Shown here: positions 37,840-46,999 of the stretch, piece after piece
Layout: each line of letters opens with the position of its first letter
How positions within the stretch are numbered: position 1 is the stretch's first letter
From: an uncultured Sanguibacteroides sp.
GTDB lineage: Bacteria; Bacteroidota; Bacteroidia; Bacteroidales; Marinifilaceae
DNA: 64,000 bases
Direction: 5' to 3'
Assembly (NCBI RefSeq): GCF_900543425.1
Contig: NZ_UQRQ01000005.1
Coordinates: forward strand, 1,597-65,596
Program-made: the position numbers and the translations under genes
The notes under the pieces: model-generated
The model's database searches: none
The model's input: the letters and a program-made list of their open reading frames with translations, nothing else
What the model was told of the DNA's origin: nothing

Positions 37840-38352
37840 TCACTTTTCAAGAAGTGATTGTTTCATTCTGATAATATCTGTCAGGTAATCCTGAAGATCC
37901 TGTTCATGTTCTTCTTCTTCGGCCAGAATCTTTTTCACGATATCGCAGGTGGTAAAATCTTTACCATTCGTAAAATCTGCTATCTCCTGATACCTCAGAA
38001 TAGCGCAACGTTCAGAAGCTATGTTGTCTTTCAGTAAGCTGACAGAACCAAAGTCTTTCGGAGTATCATATTTGCACCTTGCCAGCTCGGACCATTTTTT
38101 AGGATCTAAAACAGGTACTCCTTCCAACTCAATGATGCGTTTGGCTATCATCTGAGCATGCTTACGTTCTTCTTCAGCGTGTTCTTCAAACTCACTTTGT
38201 ACATTCGGACGCATAACGCCTTCAACGACTAATGCACCTACCCAATATTGGTAATATGCCAACCATTCTTCAGACAATGCTACATTCAATTGTGAAATCA
38301 AACTTTGCACGTCAAGCTTTCCTTGCAGGATTTTTACACTTTCTTTAGCCAT
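37840..38352 (-). CDS. ferritin-like (DPS-like/bacterioferritin-related) protein
   Basis: I prefer the ATG at 38352 (MAKESVKILQG...). Di-iron four-helix-bundle ligand pattern EEW..., EHAEEERKHAQ, ...EEEEHEQDL. Confidence 0.75.
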   Translation of the reverse strand: MAKESVKILQGKLDVQSLISQLNVALSEEWLAYYQYWVGALVVEGVMRPNVQSEFEEHAEEERKHAQMIAKRIIELEGVPVLDPKKWSELARCKYDTPKDFGSVSLLKDNIASERCAILRYQEIADFTNGKDFTTCDIVKKILAEEEEHEQDLQDYLTDIIRMKQSLLEK

Positions 38353-38458
38353 AATTTTAATGTTTAGTTCATTTTGTTTTATTTCCATGTGTAACGAACA
38401 AAGAAATTTTTTGTTTGAGTAACTTAAAATTTTAACAAAGATTTCCCTCACCGATTAA

Positions 38459-38515
38459 CCCTCGGGGACGGTTCTTGGGGATCAAAAATAACCCCTAAGA
38501 ACCGTCCCCGGGGGG
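38459..38515. repeat. GC-rich palindromic element, copy 2 (imperfect ~20-bp stem)
   Basis: CCCTCGGGGACGGTTCTTGGGG - 11 nt - CCCCTAAGAACCGTCCCCGGGGGG. Shares the cores CCTCGGGGACGGTTCT and AGAACCGTCCCCG with copy 1. Confidence 0.8.
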
Positions 38516-38520
38516 TAAAT

Positions 38521-38554
38521 AAATACCCCGCAAAGGATTTTTTGCGGGGTATTT
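38521..38554 (-). terminator. hairpin terminator downstream of gadB
   Basis: AAATACCCCGCAAA / TTTGCGGGGTATTT 14-bp perfect stem, 6-nt loop, A/T-flanked. Confidence 0.7.
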
Positions 38555-38577
38555 TCAGAGCAGAACAATTATTTTGT

Positions 38578-39975
38578 TTATCTACTATGGTTAAAGCCTC
38601 TTGGTTTTTGCGGCATTTTCTTACTCCAGAGAATAGCGCTATTCGTAGGTTCTTCCAGTTTATTCAATTGATCTACACAACGTTTCATATCCTCCATCAA
38701 CAAATCTGCCAAATCGAAACCTGTTCCCTGACGAACGACAACACGCATGATAACGACATCTTCCATATCCTTAGGCATGGTATAAGCCGGAACCTGCCAA
38801 CCTTCCACGTGTAAGGCATCGGACAAATCATACAATGTCCATTTCCGTTTGGGATCATCTTTCAACTTCCAAATAAACAACGGATTCGGCATTTCATTAC
38901 TGAAGAATTCGAATATACCCATATCTTGCAACCGTTTTTTCAAATAGAAGCATACATCCAGACAATTCTGTTGTATTTGACGATAACCTTCCCATCCCAA
39001 ACGCAAGAATTGATAATATTGAGCCAATACTTGATTTCCCGGACGAGAGAAGTTAATCGAAATACTCGGGATATCGGCACCTAAATAATTTACTGCAAAA
39101 TTCATCTCTTGGGGCAAATATTGCTTGTCTTTCCAAACAACCCAACCGACACCCGGATATACTAAACCAAATTTATGCCCCGATACGCTAATAGAAAGTA
39201 CCCATTTCAACCTGAAGTCCCATACGGTGTCCGGATCGATAAAAGGATGTATAAAACCACCAGTTGCCGCATCCACATGAATACAAATCTCCCAACCTTT
39301 TTCTGCATTCAATTTATCAAGTGCATCATTGATTTCCTTCACATTATCATTTAAACCCGTAATCGTAACTCCTTGGATTGGAACCACACAGATAGTGTTT
39401 TCGTCACACATTTTCACCACTTCTTGCGGATCAAGCGTAATCTTATCCATCGTAACCGGCACCATACGCATCTCAACGTCCCAATAGATCGCAAATTTCT
39501 CCCATACGACCTGCATACAAGTAGAGATGATAAAATTCGGTTTATCGATAGGAAGTCCTTTCGCTTTCCGACGTTTTTGCCAGCGCTTTAAAGCCGCAAT
39601 ACCACCCAACATACATGCCTCAGATGATCCGACAGTACTGGTCCCCGTACAATACGGTTTTTCCGGAGAGTTCCACAACTTGGCAATAATATTCACGCAG
39701 CGACGTTCAATCTCAGCTGTTTGAGGATATTCCGTTTTATCAATCATGTTTTTATCCATGTTCTCGGTCATAACCCTTCGAGCATAATCATCCATCCAAG
39801 TAGAAACGAATGTAGCCAGATTCAAACGGGAATTCCCGTCCAACATAGCTTCATCATGAACAATTTGATAAGCAACTTCTCCGGGCATCGAACTTTTAGG
39901 CATCTCATATTTCGGAGCAACACGAGCTTCTTCCGGTGTTCCAAAAATAGGAGTGTTTGGATTTTCTGTTTTCAT
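38578..39975 (-). CDS. gadB: glutamate decarboxylase (PLP-dependent)
   Basis: 465 aa. PLP-lysine region SISVSGHKFGLVYPGVGWVVW and N-terminal ...VAPKYEMPKSSMPGEVAYQIVHDE typical of bacterial GAD. Confidence 0.9.
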   Translation of the reverse strand: MKTENPNTPIFGTPEEARVAPKYEMPKSSMPGEVAYQIVHDEAMLDGNSRLNLATFVSTWMDDYARRVMTENMDKNMIDKTEYPQTAEIERRCVNIIAKLWNSPEKPYCTGTSTVGSSEACMLGGIAALKRWQKRRKAKGLPIDKPNFIISTCMQVVWEKFAIYWDVEMRMVPVTMDKITLDPQEVVKMCDENTICVVPIQGVTITGLNDNVKEINDALDKLNAEKGWEICIHVDAATGGFIHPFIDPDTVWDFRLKWVLSISVSGHKFGLVYPGVGWVVWKDKQYLPQEMNFAVNYLGADIPSISINFSRPGNQVLAQYYQFLRLGWEGYRQIQQNCLDVCFYLKKRLQDMGIFEFFSNEMPNPLFIWKLKDDPKRKWTLYDLSDALHVEGWQVPAYTMPKDMEDVVIMRVVVRQGTGFDLADLLMEDMKRCVDQLNKLEEPTNSAILWSKKMPQKPRGFNHSR

Positions 39976-40273
39976 AACTAATTGTTTTTAATATAATGTA
40001 ACATAATGAATTAACGAGTGCATTCCTTGGCGCTCGCTAATAGTTACGGGTTATTCTACCGAAGGTTTCGGCTCCTCACAATATTTAACTACACTTGCAC
40101 TTTGCTTTACTACCTCATTCTTTTTTAATAAAAAATGGCTTAAAGAAACTTTGCCCTATTCTGGGGGAAACGCCCCTAAATTCCGGAAACAGATCACTTG
40201 TTTTTTCGGAACTTTCCCACCTGATTTTCAGTATAAACATAGAAATTGTCTAAACGAAATAAAAACCATTTTT

Positions 40274-41920
40274 ATGGAAGAAAGTTTTTTAAAGCTCATA
40301 GAACACAGTATAAAAGAGCATTGGAATTTGCCCTCTCTTTCCGACTATCAAGGGGCAAACCACACGTATAAAGATGTCGCCAGAAGAGTGGAAAAATTAC
40401 ATATCTTATTCGAAAAAAGCGATATTCGCCCGGGAGACAGAATTGCTTTGTGCAGTCGGAATACAGCTAATTGGGGAATTGCTTTCTTAGCTGCACTGAC
40501 TTACGGAGCTGTTGCCGTTCCCATTTTAAACGAATTCAAACCGGATACCATCCATCATATCATCAATCATTCCGGAACACGTCTGCTTTTTGTCGGAAAA
40601 TCGGTATGGGACGAGATAGATCACGAGGATATGCCTAACCTGGAGGGCATATTAGCCATGTCTGATTATTCGGTAATCTTTTCCAGGAGTAATAAACTGA
40701 AAGAAACCAATGCCCGCCTAAACGAACTTTTCGGGCAGAAATATCCGGAACGTTTTACAGCCAAAGACATCCAATACCGTGTAGATGCTCCGGAAGAGTT
40801 AGCCATGATCAATTACACCTCAGGAACAACCAGTTCTCCGAAAGGAGTCATGCTCCCGTATCGAAGCATGTGGTCGAACTTAAGATATGCCCTAGACCAA
40901 ATGGGATATCATCCGGGTGAAAAACTGGTATCCATTTTAACGATGGCCCATATGTACGGATTAGCTTTTGAGTTTATCTATCCATTCACCAGCGGTACCC
41001 ATATCTATTTTTTGCAGAAAATGCCATCACCTAAAATACTCAACGAAGTGTTTGCCGAAATACGTCCCCATCTTATCGTGGCCGTTCCTCTAATCATCGA
41101 AAAGATAATCAAAAAAAGAGTCTTATCACAATTAGATAAATTTCATATTAAACTTATGCTAAAAATTCCGGTTTTAAACGGAAAAATTCGTCATAAAATC
41201 AAACAAAAAATATTAGATGCTTTCGGGGGTCGATTTAAATTGCTCGCTATTGGAGGAGCAGCCTTAAACAAAGAAGTGGAAGCCTTCCTACATTCCGTTA
41301 AATTCCCTTATACGGTGGGATACGGTATGACCGAGTGCGGACCGGCCATTGCTTTCGATCATTGGGACACCTTCCGTCCCACCTCTTGCGGAAAGGTGGT
41401 GGATCGAATGGAATTAAAAATCGCCTCCTCCGACCCGGAGCAAGTCGTGGGAGAAATTCTTACCCGTGGAATGAACGTTATGGACGGCTATTACGAGAAT
41501 CCAGAAGCCACAAATACAGTATTGGATTCAGAAAAATGGTTACACACGGGCGATCTCGGCATTATCGATAAAGACGGTTACCTCTATATCAAAGGACGTA
41601 GTAAAAATATGATATTAGGACCGAGCGGCCAAAACATTTACCCGGAAGAGATTGAAGATTATCTGAATGTCATGCCTTATATCGCAGAATCTATAGTAAT
41701 CGAAAGAGAAGGAAAACTAATCGGACTGGTATATCCGGACTTCGAAGCCATGAAACAAAATAAAATATCGGCCGAGAATTTATCCAAAATTTTAGATGAA
41801 AGTCGGAAACAAGTGAATCAACAGCTCCCGGTATATAGTCAAATAGCCCGTATCATGATTCACAACGAAGAGTTTGAAAAAACACCCAAAAGAAGCATCA
41901 AACGTTATCTGTATCAATAA
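40274..41920 (+). CDS. AMP-dependent synthetase/ligase (long-chain fatty acid-CoA ligase-like), copy 1
   Basis: The track start at 40151 is an upstream extension. ATG at 40274 (MEESFLKLIEHSIKEHWN) aligns with the paralog's N-terminus. AMP motif YTSGTTSSPKGV, plus TGDLG...GRSKNMI. Confidence 0.8.
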   Translation: MEESFLKLIEHSIKEHWNLPSLSDYQGANHTYKDVARRVEKLHILFEKSDIRPGDRIALCSRNTANWGIAFLAALTYGAVAVPILNEFKPDTIHHIINHSGTRLLFVGKSVWDEIDHEDMPNLEGILAMSDYSVIFSRSNKLKETNARLNELFGQKYPERFTAKDIQYRVDAPEELAMINYTSGTTSSPKGVMLPYRSMWSNLRYALDQMGYHPGEKLVSILTMAHMYGLAFEFIYPFTSGTHIYFLQKMPSPKILNEVFAEIRPHLIVAVPLIIEKIIKKRVLSQLDKFHIKLMLKIPVLNGKIRHKIKQKILDAFGGRFKLLAIGGAALNKEVEAFLHSVKFPYTVGYGMTECGPAIAFDHWDTFRPTSCGKVVDRMELKIASSDPEQVVGEILTRGMNVMDGYYENPEATNTVLDSEKWLHTGDLGIIDKDGYLYIKGRSKNMILGPSGQNIYPEEIEDYLNVMPYIAESIVIEREGKLIGLVYPDFEAMKQNKISAENLSKILDESRKQVNQQLPVYSQIARIMIHNEEFEKTPKRSIKRYLYQ

Positions 41921-42064
41921 AAAAGCTGACTATAAAACTTCTATCTTTCAAAAAGATGGAAGATTACATATTTTTTATTATCTTGCCATAATGACAGGTT
42001 CCTTTTACTTCGGTATGGAATTTGTTTGTTATAAAAACGGGAAAAACAACTAAAATTAAAAACA

Positions 42065-42649
42065 ATGAAAACAAAAAAAAGCATCTTAATCATTGGAATA
42101 CTTATTTTTTCCTCTTTTGTAGTAACGGCAAGGGAGAAAAAGACTAAAGTAGATACAGCCGCTTTTAATCGTATCGTAGAACTCGTGAAAAGTAAAGTTT
42201 TTTACATCAATCTTGACGATGCATTTCCGAGCGGAAATAGTAGTATAACAATAGATTCAAAATACGGGAGAAAAACAATCGGCGGAGAAGGTCATGTTTC
42301 CCTGACAATGAATCAAGGAGAAATTTTTTTAATGGACACGATCGCTACCGGAAAACTTCCGTTCTTTGGCAGAGCTTATTCTGTTCCGTATGGTGAAGGC
42401 GGTGGCATTGAATTCGAGAAGGCAAAATTAACAAATGAATCATTGAAGGTCATTAAGAAACGGAAAAAACAATACGTGGAATATACCTTCCAAGTCAGGA
42501 ACCGCAATGATATTTTTTCTTTTTATGTAGAGATCTATTCCAACGGTTTTTGCAGCGTAAAAGTCAACAGTAATAACCGGGCTTCGATCTCTTATGACGG
42601 GAAAGTATCTCCTATCCCGGAAGATAAAAAGGCTATTTACATGAAATAA
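42065..42649 (+). CDS. exported hypothetical protein (signal peptide)
   Basis: 194 aa with leader MKTKKSILIIGILIFSSFVVTA. Hairpin AAAGGGC/GCCCTTT at 42651-42673. Confidence 0.55.
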   Translation: MKTKKSILIIGILIFSSFVVTAREKKTKVDTAAFNRIVELVKSKVFYINLDDAFPSGNSSITIDSKYGRKTIGGEGHVSLTMNQGEIFLMDTIATGKLPFFGRAYSVPYGEGGGIEFEKAKLTNESLKVIKKRKKQYVEYTFQVRNRNDIFSFYVEIYSNGFCSVKVNSNNRASISYDGKVSPIPEDKKAIYMK

Positions 42650-42752
42650 GAAAGGGCATAAAGGCCCTTTTCTCAATTCTTAAAAAAACTCATCCCTTGC
42701 GTTATCTGAAAATAATTTCTTAAATTTGAATTTTGTATCATCATATAATGCA

Positions 42753-44402
42753 ATGGAAGAAAGTTTTTTATTCTATATAGAACAAAGTATTAAAGAAAAT
42801 TGGGATCGTCCGGCCCTGACTGACTACAAAGGGGTAAATTGCAGTTACAAGGACGTAGCCCGAAAAATCGAAAAATTACATATCCTTTTTGAAAATGCCG
42901 GTATCAAACGAGGAGACAAGATCGCTTTATGCGGACGTAATTCCACCAATTGGGGAATCGCTTTTTTAGCCACCCTATCATACGGGGCCGTAGCTGTTCC
43001 CATTTTGAACGAATTCAAAACGGATAATATTCACAATATCGTCAATCATTCCGAAGCTAAATTATTGTTCGTGGGAAGTGTCGTATGGGAAGGATTAAAT
43101 GAAAATTCCATGGAACTTTTAGAGGGAATTATCAGTATGGAAGATTACTCGTTGCTTATTTCGCGTAGTCATTCTCTAACGGAAGCCCGCAATCGATTGA
43201 ACGAATTTTTCGGGAAAAAATATCCAGAGCGTTTTAAACCGGAGAACGTTAATTATCAATACGATAATTTAAAAGACCTGGCAGTCATTAACTATACCTC
43301 AGGAACAACCAGCTTCTCGAAAGGGGTAATGCTTCCGTATCGAAGCTTATGGTCAAATTTGAAATTTGCCTTTGGTGTATTTGGCAAACTACCGGAAGAA
43401 CGGGTCATTTCCATGTTACCCATGGCTCATATGTATGGTCTGGCTTTCGAATTCATTTACGAATTCGCCAGCGGCGCACATATTTTCTTTTTAACTCGTA
43501 CTCCTTCCCCGAAAATCATTGCGGAAGCTTTTGCCACGATCAAACCGAATTTAATCATATCAGTACCGCTTATCATTGAAAAGATCATTCGTAAAAAGGT
43601 ATTTCCCACGTTAGAAAAACCGATTATGAAGTTATTATTAAACCTTCCTCTCATCGATAAAAAAGTAAAACAATCTATTCGGCAAAAAGTCATTGATGCT
43701 TTTGGAGGTAATTTTAAAGAACTTATTATCGGAGGGGCAGCTCTTAATAAAGAGGTAGAGGAATTTTTACGTTCCATAGACTTCCCCTATACCGTTGGGT
43801 ATGGAATGACAGAATGCGGTCCCATTCTTTCCTACGACGGGTGGGAGACATTTAAAAAAGGCTCTTGCGGAAAAGCTGTTCCGCGAATGCAATTAAAAAT
43901 CGACTCTTCCGATCCTGCCCATATTGTAGGTGAAATATTAGCCAAAGGAGATAACCTGATGTACGGTTATTATAAAAACGAAACGGCAACCAAAGCGGCT
44001 TTTACCCCCGACGGATGGTTACACACGGGAGATTTGGGTCTGATAGATCCCGACGGTTATCTATATATCAAGGGACGCAGTAAAAATATGATCCTGGGAC
44101 CGAGCGGTCAAAACATATACCCGGAGGAGATTGAAGATCAAATTAATAATCTTCCATATGTTGCGGAATCCATCGTAATTGAAAAAGAAGGTAAACTAAT
44201 TGCCCTGATTTATCCGGATTTTGAAGCTGCCACCGCAGACCATAAGGAATCAGAAGAGTGTCTTACTACTATCATGGAAGAAAATCGCCAGGAAGTCAAT
44301 AAAACACTTCCCGCCTACAGCCAGATAACAAAAGTAAAAATCTATAATGAGGAGTTTGAGAAAACTCCTAAACGTAGTATCAAACGTTATTTATACCAAT
44401 AA
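42753..44402 (+). CDS. AMP-dependent synthetase/ligase (long-chain fatty acid-CoA ligase-like), copy 2
   Basis: ATG at 42753 (MEESFLFYIEQSIKENWD), downstream of the -7 box TAAATTTG (42721-42728). Collinear with copy 1, including the identical C-terminus EEFEKTPKRSIKRYLYQ. Confidence 0.8.
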   Translation: MEESFLFYIEQSIKENWDRPALTDYKGVNCSYKDVARKIEKLHILFENAGIKRGDKIALCGRNSTNWGIAFLATLSYGAVAVPILNEFKTDNIHNIVNHSEAKLLFVGSVVWEGLNENSMELLEGIISMEDYSLLISRSHSLTEARNRLNEFFGKKYPERFKPENVNYQYDNLKDLAVINYTSGTTSFSKGVMLPYRSLWSNLKFAFGVFGKLPEERVISMLPMAHMYGLAFEFIYEFASGAHIFFLTRTPSPKIIAEAFATIKPNLIISVPLIIEKIIRKKVFPTLEKPIMKLLLNLPLIDKKVKQSIRQKVIDAFGGNFKELIIGGAALNKEVEEFLRSIDFPYTVGYGMTECGPILSYDGWETFKKGSCGKAVPRMQLKIDSSDPAHIVGEILAKGDNLMYGYYKNETATKAAFTPDGWLHTGDLGLIDPDGYLYIKGRSKNMILGPSGQNIYPEEIEDQINNLPYVAESIVIEKEGKLIALIYPDFEAATADHKESEECLTTIMEENRQEVNKTLPAYSQITKVKIYNEEFEKTPKRSIKRYLYQ

Positions 44403-44406
44403 AATA

Positions 44407-44438
44407 AAAAGGAGCTGTCGGAAAGGATAGCTCCTTTT
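44407..44438 (+). terminator. hairpin terminator
   Basis: AAAAGGAGCT - 12 nt - AGCTCCTTTT immediately after the stop codon. Confidence 0.7.
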
Positions 44439-44691
44439 CATATAAAACTCTACTTTGCAAATACCCATTAAGTATTGGAGTCTACTTCTCTGTTACTTTT
44501 GTATGTCTTGTACAAAAAGCCCTTTTACATCATCAATCAATATACTGATTATCAGTAGAATAATTGACAATTTTGTCTATATAGTAACACATAAACCATT
44601 TTGTTATACTCGAATTAAATGTTCAAAGACGATTTTTGTCCGTTCTGTATAAAACCTTTATAATCTTACGATTTACAATATTAAAATACAA

Positions 44692-44713
44692 TTAATAAAC
44701 GTTCGTTTATTAA
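44692..44713. promoter_or_regulatory. 22-bp palindrome TTAATAAACG-TT-CGTTTATTAA
   Basis: Perfect 10-bp arms, related to the palindrome at 44846-44863. Confidence 0.4.
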
Positions 44714-44832
44714 TATCCATGAGCGTTTAAATGATAAAATAAAGTATGAATATGTGATTTGTAAATTAACTACGTTATAGTCAGATGTATAAAAGACTTG
44801 TTTGTTTTTTTGAATATATGATTTGTTTTGCT

Positions 44833-44863
44833 TAAATTTGGTTTCATAAAACGAACGTTTTAT
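44833..44863 (+). promoter_or_regulatory. -7 box TAAATTTG (44833-44840) followed by palindrome ATAAAACG-AA-CGTTTTAT (44846-44863)
   Basis: The palindrome sits between the promoter box and the ATG at 44890, a typical repressor position. Confidence 0.45.
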
Positions 44864-44889
44864 TATCATCTAATATTAAACAATAGAGT

Positions 44890-46320
44890 ATGAAAATGCA
44901 CATAATCAGTCTTGTTACTTATGTTTTAGTATCTACATTATTTATTTCTTGTATCAAAAAAATCGATTTATCCGAGAAACAAGAAGAAGAAGAGCAGAAA
45001 GAAAAAGAAGAGATTGCTTATATTTATCCATTTAAGAGCGAATCCCACGATATCACAGCTGAACTTGTCATTAAGACGGACGGTAAAATCGACTTAAAAG
45101 AGATTGAAGCAGAAATCCCCCCTTTGAAATACAATAAGTCCTGGTTATTCCTCTTAACACAGGATGATTGTAGTCAAACAGCTTATTGCAATACATGGGC
45201 GGCCATTCACGGTAAACCGTTATCTTCAAAATACTATTACGATGCCGCACATTTAAAAGCCGGAGACTTACCGCCGGATAGCTACAATCTCGGAAAAACA
45301 TTGGGTTGTACCGACGGTGCAGGTAATGAGGTACGTTTTTCTTTCACGACGACACTTGCACCCGAATGGGAATGGATGAACACGAAACCTTCCGTACAAG
45401 TCGGTTTCACCCAAAATTACTACCGTTTCTATATGAAATCCGGCCTTATTTGGAATAACGTTATCGAAATGGTCAATTACGGCGTCGGCATAGCCTTCCA
45501 TGATGTAAAAACCTCCATGGTTCACGATCCGGATAGCATCAAAGCACATTATATAGCCTCCCAAGGGATTATTTCAGACAAACTATCGGGACGGGGATGC
45601 AAGGTCTTAGCAGAACCCAATGGCAATAAGACTTACGTGGAAGCGGCTCTAAAATATGATCCGATCCAGATCATGACGGCACAAAGCGAAGCCTCTACCT
45701 TATATCCGTTTAAAACGACAAATGATTTACACAAACAATTACTGAACAGGTACTTCTACTCTCCGGAACAAACCCAAAAAGCCATACAGTCCGAATTACA
45801 AAAAAGAAAGGAAGAGAGAACTGCCATTTTAATCGGAGTTCACAAAACCGATCCCGATTGGGCACAATTTCTCCTTTGGCTTAACAATACTTACGGAAAA
45901 GACGGGGACGATTCTGTTTGGTCTCCCAATATGGAAGAGTATTACGAGTATAATTACTACCGTATCCACAGTATTATTAAAAAGCAACTCAACAACAACA
46001 CGTTGAAATTAACCATTACTTTACCATCCAAAGCATACTTCTATTACCCCTCCATTACCATTAATTTAAGTCATCTAAAAAAGCAACATATCACCTCCGT
46101 TATCTCCGGAAATACCGTTAGTGGATTATCTTACGAAGATCATCATAACGGCCTTATGCTGAACATCGATTGCCGGAAATTCCTATCGGATCACGCTACC
46201 CATTTTGTCAAAAAATATGAATCCGACAAAACACCATCCAACCGAAACGATGCTCTCTATTTTATAAATTGCTTAAAGGACTCCGACAAAAAAAGAGAAT
46301 TACTGAAAAGAATAAAATAA
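44890..46320 (+). CDS. lipoprotein, hypothetical; possible CE4/NodB-like deacetylase fold
   Basis: 476 aa. Lipobox STLFISC, then an acidic linker SEKQEEEEQKEKEE. Weak NodB-like motif series LLTQDDC ... GIAFHDVKTSMVHD ... LAEPNGN. Confidence 0.5.
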   Translation: MKMHIISLVTYVLVSTLFISCIKKIDLSEKQEEEEQKEKEEIAYIYPFKSESHDITAELVIKTDGKIDLKEIEAEIPPLKYNKSWLFLLTQDDCSQTAYCNTWAAIHGKPLSSKYYYDAAHLKAGDLPPDSYNLGKTLGCTDGAGNEVRFSFTTTLAPEWEWMNTKPSVQVGFTQNYYRFYMKSGLIWNNVIEMVNYGVGIAFHDVKTSMVHDPDSIKAHYIASQGIISDKLSGRGCKVLAEPNGNKTYVEAALKYDPIQIMTAQSEASTLYPFKTTNDLHKQLLNRYFYSPEQTQKAIQSELQKRKEERTAILIGVHKTDPDWAQFLLWLNNTYGKDGDDSVWSPNMEEYYEYNYYRIHSIIKKQLNNNTLKLTITLPSKAYFYYPSITINLSHLKKQHITSVISGNTVSGLSYEDHHNGLMLNIDCRKFLSDHATHFVKKYESDKTPSNRNDALYFINCLKDSDKKRELLKRIK

Positions 46321-46361
46321 AGATTGTGCCGGAAATGGTTAAACTATTTCCGGCACAATCT
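46321..46361. terminator. bidirectional hairpin between convergent genes
   Basis: AGATTGTGCCGGAAAT - 9 nt - ATTTCCGGCACAATCT, a 16-bp perfect stem. Confidence 0.8.
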
Positions 46362-46387
46362 TTTCCAAACAAACTCGTAAAGCTTTA

Positions 46388-46804
46388 TTATTCCAAATCA
46401 GGCTGTATCGTCACGTTAAATGTTACGTCGGTAGTTCCGATTGTATTCCTGAGTACGATCTTATATCTTCCTGAATCCTTTGTTTTCGCCTCTTTTAGAG
46501 TAACGGTCACCTTATTTTTTTGTATATCGATACCTTCCGAAGGCTGATACAACTTACCATCCTTATACACCTCACAAGTTGCCTCCGGTTGCGAGGTGTA
46601 TTCAATATAAAAGGAAACGATCTGCCCTTCGAAACCTTTAACATTAAGACTTTTAGGAATTTTCTGGGTTATCACCGGTTGAACACCCGTACCACGAAGT
46701 ACCCCCTCCGTAACATCACGATTCTCTGATTCCTTAACATCGTTATTTTTAAACCCGGTAAAACTTACAAATAACATTAAAACAACTAATAATTTCTTCC
46801 GCAT
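46388..46804 (-). CDS. small secreted single-Ig-domain protein (I-set-like), paralog A
   Basis: 138 aa. Signal peptide MRKKLLVVLMLFVSFTGF, then PVITQKIP..VKGFEGQIVSFYIEY...EVYKDG...VTVTLKEAKTKDSGRYKIVLRNTIGTTDVTFNVTI. -7 box TATTTTTG (minus strand) at 46838-46845. Confidence 0.7.
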   Translation of the reverse strand: MRKKLLVVLMLFVSFTGFKNNDVKESENRDVTEGVLRGTGVQPVITQKIPKSLNVKGFEGQIVSFYIEYTSQPEATCEVYKDGKLYQPSEGIDIQKNKVTVTLKEAKTKDSGRYKIVLRNTIGTTDVTFNVTIQPDLE

Positions 46805-46999
46805 AATCTCTCAATTTAAACTAATTAATACATTTTACAAAAATAGACAAAATAAATTTTAGAAAAAAAATTACCGATCTTTTTAATCAAAATAATCTTA
46901 CACGTAACGCACGATTCCTGATTCTTAAAAAAACCAGAATATAATTCTTGATAAAATAATTCAGATTTACAATTAGATAAAAATTCAAATTAGATAAAC

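Noticed and set aside
40151-40273. 41-aa N-terminal extension of the first acyl-CoA ligase (track start 40151). Similar upstream extensions at 12338, 31843, 31860, 38451 and 42726.
   Set aside because: The extensions begin at non-ATG codons or at poorly supported ATGs. They lack similarity to the paralog or family N-termini. In several cases they overlap the TAnnTTTG promoter box or the divergent neighbour, so downstream ATGs were preferred.
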